This document shows positions 54,171-64,000 of a DNA stretch of 64,000 nucleotides, piece after piece. The stretch's first letter is position 1. Each line of letters starts with the position of its first letter. Source of the DNA: Camelus dromedarius (taxonomy: Eukaryota); NCBI RefSeq assembly GCF_036321535.1, contig NC_087436.1, positions 31,870,001-31,934,000 on the forward strand, given 5' to 3'. The translations under genes and the position numbers were made by a program. The notes under the pieces are model-generated. The model ran no database searches. It was not told the origin of the DNA and worked only from the letters and a program-made list of their open reading frames with translations.

Positions 54171-55504
54171 GCCACCCTGCCCCCGCCATCTACCTTTACT
54201 AAATTCCACTTCTCTGCCACACTAGCCTCCATGGTGTCAACCATCCACAGCCTTGGTGATCTCTGCCATTATGTTAGCAGCTGATTAAATTCAATTGGGC
54301 ACTTATGGACACTGTCTTGAGTGGTTTTTAGATGAAAGTCATTTCTCTCTCAACAAGATCCATGAGCACAGTGACAGCTTTTAATCCCTCTCAATGCCTA
54401 GAATACAGTCAGCACATTAGTAGATAGGCTTGCAATAAAACAGAAAAGCAAAACAAATCTCAAATGAATTGAAAGAGATAGTGGCATTCTTTTAGTTGCT
54501 GTGTTTGTACATTTCATCCCTTTGAGAAGAGAAGCCCCTTAGAGGCAAGATTGTGCCTCTCTGAAAAGAAAACAGAGGAATCAATTCAATTTGGCCAGTG
54601 AAAATGAAACTTGGACAATTTTCAAAATCCTCTGCCTTTTGACATGATTTTTAAGTAAAATGATGTGAAAATTTTATAAAAAGGTCAATTCCAATATTTA
54701 CATATATTTGGCTGAGATTTTGTTTATAGGAACTTAGTTAACTTTGGATAATGATCACTAAACATCAAGTGATCCTTCTCGGTAGAGTAAGTTTAGAACA
54801 CTGTAGCCCAGATACTGAAAGCCAATCTTGAGAGTAGATACTAGCGAGGTACCATCTACATTTTATTTTACACAGTTCGATCCTCCCATTTATAGAGCTA
54901 CCTCATACGACCTTCTTAACTTTACAAGCATGGTGGATAAATGTCTTTGCTGTGACCATGACCTTTAGGATGTTATTTGGCTCTTCATTTCTTCATAACT
55001 ACTGTATCAGGCTCTTTCTGAGCTCACTTTGCTCATGCCTGAGAGTGCGCCTCCCACCAAAGTCTATTCAGTTATAATCATTCATTTGTTGCAAAGATTC
55101 AGTCTCAAACGAGAGATGAAATCTATGTTGTTTTTCTGACTCTTTATGGATGTAAGCAAATTATCTACCTTATTAGAAAAAATTATAATTCCTTAGCATA
55201 AGAAATAAAAGTCAGACTGAGGAAATTCCAGAATGGCCCAACTCATGAATTATGTTATCTTCCAAGACTGCTCCAAAGAGAAATTAACCCCTATTTTCAT
55301 GTTGCTGGTTATAAAGAGGGAAATGACAGGAAATTCTGATTTAATGTTCTCTGGACTGTTCATTCTTCAACAACCAGGATAATAATAGTGGTAATTATCA
55401 AAAGGAATCTGACATCTGCACAGTACTAGGCCTATGAGATAATACCTATGTTGAGGGAAACTAGGATATTAGGCAGATGAGAGGGTATGTCCAGGAATGC
55501 TGTC

Positions 55505-55730
55505 TAATTGACTCCCATTTATTACCATGGGCCAAGTGCTTTACTTACATTACCTAATTTAGTCCTCATAATGAAGTGGGTATTATTCTCACTGTTTTAT
55601 GAATGAGGAAACTGGAGCATCAAAGAGTTTTTGTACCTTTCCCAAAGTCATACATAAGTAAAGGAGAAAGGAGTGTCAAAATGTACACTCCCAGACTGTC
55701 AAACCCAATTTACCTAAGACTGTATCAAGT
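55505..55730 (-). mobile_element. MIR SINE
   Basis: ttttatgaatgaggaaactggag...cccaaagtcatac. Confidence 0.65.
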
Positions 55731-56099
55731 TAAAGGCATGAAATTTGGGTAGGAGAAATGTTTCTCCTAAAGTGACAGACTGGGTTTTTTTTTTAAAATC
55801 CTCTTTTATGTATTTCCCTGGTCCAACCCCTTCAAGTTTCCATCTTCTAAGAGGAAATGGACCTGCCAGAACAACTGAAGGCTTTACCTAAGAGTTTTCA
55901 CATTGTATTAAATGAGAGAGTCTCCAAACTGCCTAAAAGACAATTACTTATGTAGGAAATAATTATATTGTGTTTTGGCATGAGGACATTTCTCTCCGCA
56001 AAATATATAGGAACAACCACCACTTACAGCTGAAAATAGAAGGGGTGTCTCTTGCTTTCCAATGACTGCAAAACACATTCCCAGCAACTTCGTTTCAGA

Positions 56100-57400
56100 A
56101 AATAATGTTCTTATTTAATGCTCCTTTGGAATTCTCCCTTAGCCTGAAAGTTACCAGTGACCTGCCATCAACAGTCACAATCGGCGACGCCAACAACTGT
56201 TCTAGTCTCCGCCGACCCACACAACAACCCAGCCGCAGGAGCAAGGGGGAGCAAAAACAACACAGTAGCTCCCTCAGTGAAAAATTACTAGTGAGGCGCA
56301 AGCTTTCATGCACAGGGTTTCTAGAGAGATTTCAGCCAGACCTCGTAGCAACCCCTCCCCCCAACCCCAACCAGCAGAGCCTCTTGTTGATTCCCACCTT
56401 CAGCAAAAAATCCTTTAGGGCAGCAAGCGCAGCAGGAAACCTGTCATTAACAACCACCAGAGTGTCACATCAGCGATTCTCAGGAGTGTCGGCTCCACTA
56501 TTTAACTCAGCTATTTACCTCATTGGGAGAGCTTTGTTTGATTGTCAGAAAATAGAGCATGTACATTTGTCGGTCATAAACACACAAACAAGCTCTCCAG
56601 AGCACAAATAAACAAAATGATCATGCACGTTGGTAAATATGTTTGCATTATTTAACCAAACCAGATGAAGCATGTGAATAACCCTGCATATCAAGTACCA
56701 TCGAGTAACTTGCTTGTAATCTGCCTTGTACAATACAGCCGTTGCCACTCATTTCACTCACCCAATTCAGACCCTGGAAATGTACTATTTTTAGACCGGC
56801 TTTGTACACCACTATTTACAAAGCGCACTGTTAAATCCTTTGAATAGCAGCCAAGAAGTTGGGTGAGAACCTAGAAACCTGCCACACAGATCAGCATCCT
56901 AATCAACTCTGGGACAGTCAGAGCTAAAGATCTGCCTTTGTTTCCTTTTCCTCTTTCCCTTTGTCTCGACGGGAATATCAATGTAAAAAGGCAAGGGGAT
57001 AAAGGGGTGGGCCTTATCTGTTCTTGTTCAAATGGGTTGCCTGACTCAGATAGCAGCCCATTTGTCAACATCTTTCGTGATTTAAGCTGCTCTTTGTCAA
57101 AACCACTTTTGGAAAAGATTTGACCATTTATTTACTTGGGAGCCAATGTGACGGCAGCAGGTGCGTCATGGAAAACTCAGACGTGGGTGCTTCACAGCGG
57201 CTGGGATTCCGTCACGTGACGGCCCACTGCTCCCGGCCAATTCACTGCTGGCAAGCTGGCCAAGTGGCCACACAGGAAGGGGAGACAGAGAAGAAAATAG
57301 TAGGCAGAGAGTTGGCGTGAGGCAGGTGGTGGATGAAGCAATCGCAAACAGAAAGGACTGAAACACCAGGGAGGAGATGCAGGGCCTCGTATCATTTTGC
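56100..57400. promoter_or_regulatory. Putative enhancer/promoter block
   Basis: Repeat-free with locally retained CpGs. MEF2 CTATTTTTAG 56785-56794, AP-1 TGACTCA 57042-57048, CCAAT 57143 and 57237, palindromic E-box CCGTCACGTGACGG 57209-57222. Confidence 0.5.
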
Positions 57401-57994
57401 AGCCAGCAAAAAACCTGAGGGAACTAAGTTTGGCTCTCTTTTGACAGCTTGAGAAAAGCTGAGAACGGAAGCAATGACTGGGCTAATTCTGGACAAAATT
57501 TTTAAAAATGATATTTGAGAGAAATCCACATCTTTGCTTCAAATCTTAGCTTTTGTGTAAATTGCTCATTTTCCAAATTCTTTATTTATTTTTTCAGGTG
57601 ACTCGATTTGCATTTTGTGTAGTGGATGGGATCCTCTAAGACATCCTTGGTTATCTAAGAGGTGAAGAGTCTGCTCAGCTTCCCCCTGGTGTCATTTTGT
57701 TCCTTGATTTAGCCTGGATTGGCTGGTGAAATCAGTACAGCCAGAAAGTGGCCAGGCAGTGATATCCTGTCCTACCCCCACCCCTGCACCTGTTCTCAGA
57801 GGTCCTCATGAAAGTGCTCCTTTCCTTTACAGAACTAATCAGAGGAGGAATAGACAGGAGGATTTTGAGTACTTTGGATCAAAAAGTGGTCTCTGAATTT
57901 GAGGCATTTTATTATTTTATTATTTCAGGTTCAATAGGGTTTTTATGTTCATTATAATAGAGGCATCTGGTGGGAAAGCAGTATGCCGAGATGA

Positions 57995-58235
57995 TTAATA
58001 ACAGTAACAACAAAAGCAACTTAGTTTTGAGCCCATATGGGCCAGGCACTGTTCTAAACACTTTATACAATTTGTCTGTCCTTACCAACAGCTCTGCAAG
58101 CCAAGTGCCATTTTCCCCGTTGTGGAGAAGTACTGAGAAGCAGAAGGTCACTTGGCCAAGGTCACCAGCAAGTCAATGACAGATCTGAAATTCAAACCTA
58201 GATTTGTGGGGTTCTTTTTGTGACACCAGGCAACA
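57995..58235 (-). mobile_element. MIR SINE
   Basis: gccaggcactgttctaaacactttatac...cacttggccaaggtcac. Confidence 0.75.
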
Positions 58236-58533
58236 TCATTTGTAAGTGTGAACCCATTCTGAGCATCAAAAAGCACCGGGCTTTACTTTGATGGCTCTCA
58301 ATTCCATATTGAGCTGTTATCTTAACAGGCTCAACATGTTTATTTATCTGGGACTTTTACAGAACAGTAATAGGATTGTTATTTGAGTTTTTACTGATAG
58401 AACTAGACTTGTCTACTGCTACTTTAGATTCCTTCTTATCTCCTGAGGATTCCATTGGACCTGATTCCCTTTTCCGGACGTGGTATGGAGAACATGGCCT
58501 ATAGTAACAATGCATAAGTGTATCTTGGCTCCT

Positions 58534-58773
58534 GGGGGGAGGGATAAATTAGGAGTTTGGGATTAGCAAATACACCCTACTATATGTAAAACAGATACAC
58601 AACAAGGAGCCACTGTAGAGCACAGGGAACTATATTCAATATCTTGTAATAACCTATAATGGAAAAGAATCTGAAAAAGAACATATATGTATACATATAT
58701 ATAAACTGAATCACTTTTCTGTACACCTGAAGCTGACACAACATTGTAAATGAACTATACTTTAATAATAAAA
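58534..58773 (+). mobile_element. Short L1 3' end
   Basis: gggataaattaggagtttgggattagc...ttgtaaatgaactatac, A-tail; diverged TSD aagtgtatcttggctcct / aagaatatcctggattcct. Confidence 0.9.
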
Positions 58774-61389
58774 AAGAATATCCTGGATTCCTTTATAGAT
58801 GCATAGATAGATGAGGAAAGAATTTTTTTCCCTACCCCTGAGCATGTAGGCAACACCACTATATGGCAGGCTTGCATGCACACAAAGCTGGACTTAAATC
58901 AGTCATTGGACAAGGCCTGGGCAAGAGTTGGTGCTAAATAGGAAAGGGGACAAAGGTCATGAAGAGGTGCAAAGTAAACAGGAAGAGGTATTGGTAAACT
59001 TTTCATGTACAATAATACAGCTGTCATAGAGAAAATCTGCTCAATAGATTACTCTCACTTCCCTCCTGTATATCCATTACCTTGGCTGATCACCATCACC
59101 CAATAAGGGAAACAGGAGGAGATAAGAACTATAGGTCTTAACATAGATTCTAGAAAATGAAACTGCCTTTCATAGCTCTAAATCCAAAGCTTTTAGCCTC
59201 AATGTAGATCGAAGGTACATCATACTCTTTATTACCTGGGTTTTTTCACTTGCTTGTATCACCATGTTCTGTTTCTGTTTTGCCTGAAAAGAAAATGAAA
59301 TAGAATTACCTCCTACACTCATACTGCTATTGACATTAAATTTCATCTTCTTTTATTATGATCAGCAAAGTTATTCATAACATTGGAATTTGTTTTTTGC
59401 CTTTAAAGTTATAGCTACTGCTGTTGTTGGAATAATTAGTGTTGCTTTGGCACTCTGTTCCACCTAAACTCATGGCATTTGTGTACTATTTACCTTTCAG
59501 AAAAGCTATTTTACATGAAGAAAAAGAAAAAGGGAGTACAGACTTCCAACAGCACACATCTTTTCTGTTCTATCCTTGGCTCTGAAAGAGGATGCGTGAA
59601 GCAGAATTTCAGGCTGTAATTAATGCAGCTCTTCATAAGATAAGAGGTTCTTTTATCTGTAAGAAATTGCTGCACTAATTCTCCACAAGAATCAGAATGC
59701 TCCAGTTAATGCTCTTTCTACTAGAGGAATTCACCTTTTCTACTCTAAATATCCGTAGTCAAATTTTTTCTTTCTTTCTTTCTTTCTTTTTTTTTAAAAC
59801 TGGAGATGAGTAAACATGCAATGATATTATTTTATAGGGCTGAGTCTAAAAACCTTAAATATTAACAATATATTCAGATAAATTCTGAATAGGGGTTACA
59901 TAAAGAATTTCCAAATAATATTCACTCTATAGGAATGTACTTGTAAGCACAGACCTTAATTGGATGCAATTTACATCCAGCCCCTTTGATGGGGTTGGTA
60001 AACAAATTGGGAGATGCATCCTTATTTGATATAGTAAGAAAAAGAGCTATAGTTCCTTATCATGACCTAAAGTACTGTCCAAAGAAGGAAGAAGCCTCTA
60101 TTGTTTCCATCTTGATTTAAGTATCTCCTTGTAGAATGCATATTGTGATTCAGAAACAATACTTCATACATGTTTTGTGTGTGGGCTTGGAATAATTGGT
60201 AATGCATTGGCACTGGGTTCCACCTTAACTCATGCCATTTGTACACTATTTAACTTTAAAAAAAAAAAACTATTTTCCAAGAAGAAAAGAATAGGAGTAC
60301 AGCAAATGTCTAGAAATTAGAGGCCATAAGGTTCTTCCCTAAGTTCCTGTCAAAGAAGACCCCACTGTAAGGCAGTATGGCTCGTATCACGCTGCTGCTT
60401 CATTAGCCCCTCCATTTCTGCATCCATACATAACCAGATAACCACTTTTTCCTTTCCATTGTGACACCTTGTGAGTTGGTGTAAAACGGGATAAATTGTC
60501 ATTGGGCACAAAGGTCATGAGGCTTAGTCAAAGCAGGAAATTAGGTTTGACTGAAAAATGTGCATAGATTTTCAAGGTATGATTACTCCAAGTACAAATA
60601 AGTGGGAAGTTTGAGCCACAAACTAATTGAGCCACAAGGTAATTGTTATTTAGGGTATAGCAACAATTCCTATTTAAGTGAAGATATATTTGTTAACACA
60701 GAAAAAATAGAAGACAATAATAAAGAGAGTGCAGGATAGCGTTTGTGTCTGTCCAGTGTTCACTTTTCCTTTGCATGTCTATCTGTGCTTGTGTGTGTGC
60801 GCGCACACACACACACACACAGGATCCTCAACTAGAGAAGAGTTCTTTCTTGTATGTTCACAAAGAGATGAGAATTTTATCCTCAGAACCTCTTGAGGAT
60901 GAGAAACTTTTCTTGGCAGACTATCAACTGATTCTGAGTGAACAAATCTGACAGAGCCCTTTCCCTTGGTTCTTTTTGTTCATATTGTTCCCCCTCACAC
61001 AAGGAGGGCTGCTAGGGAGGGTAAGAGGACCCTCAAATGAGATGAAGGTGAATTTTCCTGGACTCGCTGCCAAGCAGTGCTAAGCTTCAGTTAACCTGTT
61101 ACCTCTCTTCCTTGCCTCTGGCCCTCAGTTTTCCTTTTGTATCCTGAAAATAGCATTGACATTAAATTGGGTCAGTGGAAAAAAATCAGTGACCAACTCT
61201 AGCTTATAATTTTGCTCCCCAAGAAAACGTTTGGTAAATATCCCTTACCTAGAGTGTACACTATACAAGGTGAATCTATTCACCTTAGGAAAAGATGTTG
61301 TTCATTTTAGACTTGAATTTCCACAATCAGAAAATTTGCCTAATGCCATTTTAATGTGCTATGCGTCACAGAAAGATTTTTAAATCAAT

Positions 61390-61870
61390 ATAAGTAGATA
61401 TATACCCAAAAGAAGTCCTTACAATATACAACAGGGGACATATACAAGAATGTTCATAGTAACACTATTCAAAGCAGACTAAACTCTCTGGAGATAGGCT
61501 AAATGACCATTGACAGGAAAGCAAAGTGTGGCACAGTCATGTAGGGAATACTCTAAAGCAGTAAAAATGAATGGACTACAGCTACATACAAAAATATGGA
61601 TTAATCTTAGCGAGTTCTAAGATTATTTATAGCCCCTTTAAAGTAAAAAAGTAACTAGAAAACTCATTTAGTAGGTATATGTATACATACAGTGATAAAA
61701 TACTATACAAGTGCAAAAAATAGTGCTTATATTAGGTGTAGTGAGTCAGGGAGACGGAATGGAAGAGCAGTGCATAGGTAGATTATTGTCAATGTTTCAA
61801 ATACGAAATGTTAGGTCTTGTTTGCTTATTATATTATTAAATATTAATAATCAAATAAGTAAAAGGAAGA
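61390..61870 (+). mobile_element. Ancient L1 (L1M) fragment
   Basis: tacaagaatgttcatagtaacact...gcagtaaaaatgaatggactacagctac. Confidence 0.65.
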
Positions 61871-62049
61871 TGCATGGGAGGAAAATCAACATGAGATATA
61901 AAGTATTGGCAGAATATATGGTGATGTTTACATACAAATGCAGCAGGATGCAGAGTTTTGTGCAAAATAAAATAACAGAAGACAACTCATCACAAGGGGC
62001 GCATACTACAGGATCTGGATCTGGCCACTTCTGATTGTCCTCACATCTG

Positions 62050-63540
62050 ATCTCTTCTTCCCCAACTCCCTTCTAGTTTGAATTCCTAAGAGTGGAGATT
62101 CCCTGTGACTTTATCATTGTTTCTCTTCTCTTGTCCCTACACAATCTCTCCTTGAATAGCACATCCACTTCCGTGTCTCCGATTGCCTTTCAGACAACTC
62201 CCCAGCTCTACCCATCTAACAATGATTTCCCACCAGCAGCATAATCCCAAGTGTTCACAGAGTATCTCTCCTTGGATTCTAGCCATTTTCTCAAAGTCAA
62301 CCACTGGGCTGACCATGAACTAATTATATTAACTCTCTGGTGTTAGTTTCCTCATCTCTGAAATGAGGGGTCTGTGGATATAATATCTGAGGTCCTTAAC
62401 CATCTCTAAATTTCTATGAATTTATGAATTATTGACTCTTCTTCACATTCATTGTTTATCCAGGATGTCATCATTATTCCAGGTATAACTTTGACATATT
62501 TCTAGTTTTGTTTGCCTATACTCAATCAGACCAAATTTTATCTTTTTATTTTTTTGGAATGTCTCAAATTTACCCCATGTTTTCCATTCTCCTGTTTACC
62601 TTAGTTCTGAACCTAATCAGTTTATACCTGGATTACTTTACATACATTTGAACAGATTTTCCTGTTTCCCATTCCCTTCTTTTTTCAAGCCCTCTCACAC
62701 ATCACTTCCAGATTATTCACAGAAATAGCTTATAAAAACTATGTCAGGCCACCTTATGAACCCATGATTCTATATTACCTAGTAAGCAATCCCCATACCC
62801 CTAACAAGTTTAAGATCCTCCATAATTTCATATGACCATCTACCCAGCTTTCTCTCTTACACTTACACTCAGCACTTATACTGCAGTGAAGTTAGCATTA
62901 TTAATGTCACACAAACATATACAATAATTTCTGCCTCTGAACCTTTATTTATGCTAATTCCTCAAGCCAAAATGTTCTCTCCTCTTCTTTTTTTTTCCAA
63001 ACAAAGATGCCTTCTTTTCAAGGACCAACTAAAATTTCAGCTATTTACAGCTTTCTCCAACATCTCAAATCTCTGGTGAACTTTCTCTTTTCACCCAAAT
63101 GCCACAGCAATTAAAACTTGATTATGAATGATTGATTATTTTCTCTTTAATTTCTCAAGTTACTGGATTTTTAAAACCCTTTTGTGGGGTTGGTATTTCT
63201 TTTTTTTTTAAATTTTTTTGGGGACAATTAGGTTTCTTTATTTTTATTTCTTTATTTTTTAACAGAGGTATTGGGAATTGAACCCAGGACCATGCACAAG
63301 CTAAGCACTCACTCTACCACTGAGCTATACCCTCCCCACCAAGTTACTGAATTTAAAAAAAAAATCCTCCTACTAAATTACAATATTCTAAAGGCAGGAA
63401 CTATATCTATAACCTTTCTTATAGTCCCCATAGTATTCATTCAGTAAATATTAATCTCTAAATTAATAATGTGTACATCCTAAAAAAAATTAGTACCTAT
63501 GAGAATATGTTCAATTTAACCTTTATTGAGCACTTATTTG
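62050..63540 (+). mobile_element. Degenerate L2 region with internal MIR and SINE
   Basis: L2-like pyrimidine-rich text, ending aaggcaggaactata...cagtaaatatt. Confidence 0.5.
63171..63339 (-). mobile_element. Vic-1-type camelid tRNA-derived SINE
   Basis: Minus strand gggagggtatagctcagtggtagag...ggtcctgggttcaattcccaatacctc with A/B boxes and A-rich tail. 15-bp TSD caagttactggattt (63156-63170) / caagttactgaattt (63340-63354). Confidence 0.85.
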
Positions 63541-64000
63541 TATAAGGCACTGTGATGGACACAAGGGCCTTACAAAACTGAATATATAATTCTTCTCATC
63601 AAGAAGTTCAGAATCTGTTGAACTGGAGTAATACATTCTTCTACATTCAAATTTTTAGACTTAAATCTGGCCTCTCTCTAGAGAAACAGATGAGTTATAT
63701 CTAACTACTTTTAAGATCTCTAATTGGAGGTTTCACAGGTACTCATCTCAAATTTAACTTGTATATTATTTCTTTCTACACCTGTGTCTCCCAATACAAT
63801 CCTATAAATTTGTGTGTTATGTAATTTAAAAGCTATGTTATTAGCCCTATTTAAATTAAAAAGTGTTATACTGTCCTGGGTGTTCTTCCTTTTATCATTT
63901 AATTCCTAACGATACTTCATTCCTTAAAAAATATTTTGTTTGATGTTAATATAGAGACTACAGCTGTTTAGGATTTGCCTATTCCATTTTTAGTCCTTTT

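Noticed and set aside
56105..56611. 168-aa ORF
   Set aside because: No recognisable domain or exon structure; better explained as regulatory DNA with higher GC.
63265..63337. tRNA gene (Ala-like) on the minus strand
   Set aside because: It has an A-rich tail and a 15-bp TSD and imperfect stems, so it is a SINE.

Overview
AT-rich mammalian genomic DNA, very probably camelid (Vic-1-type tRNA-derived SINE at 63.2-63.3 kb plus cetartiodactyl-type L1 3' ends). No intact protein-coding gene was found. The only long ORFs are broken pieces of LINE-1 ORF2. Much of the window is interspersed repeats (L1, L2, MIR, CR1/L3, MaLR/ERVL/ERV1 LTRs, Tigger/MER2/MER53/MER63/hAT DNA elements), several of them nested with target-site duplications. 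Main observation: on the minus strand from about 45.5 kb to 25.4 kb there is a series of about 20 short splice-site-bounded segments that the ORF track does not resolve. Translated by hand through stops and frameshifts, they give in the expected order a signal-peptide-like start, CUB, C-type lectin, TSP1, hormone-receptor (HRM), GAIN/GPS and seven-transmembrane motifs. This reads as a heavily decayed, intron-containing (unprocessed, possibly unitary) pseudogene of an adhesion GPCR. Its domain combination matches none of the canonical mammalian adhesion GPCRs that I know. A repeat-free, motif-dense putative regulatory block lies at 56.1-57.4 kb. All domain and repeat-family calls are by eye from remembered consensus sequences; no database search was run.
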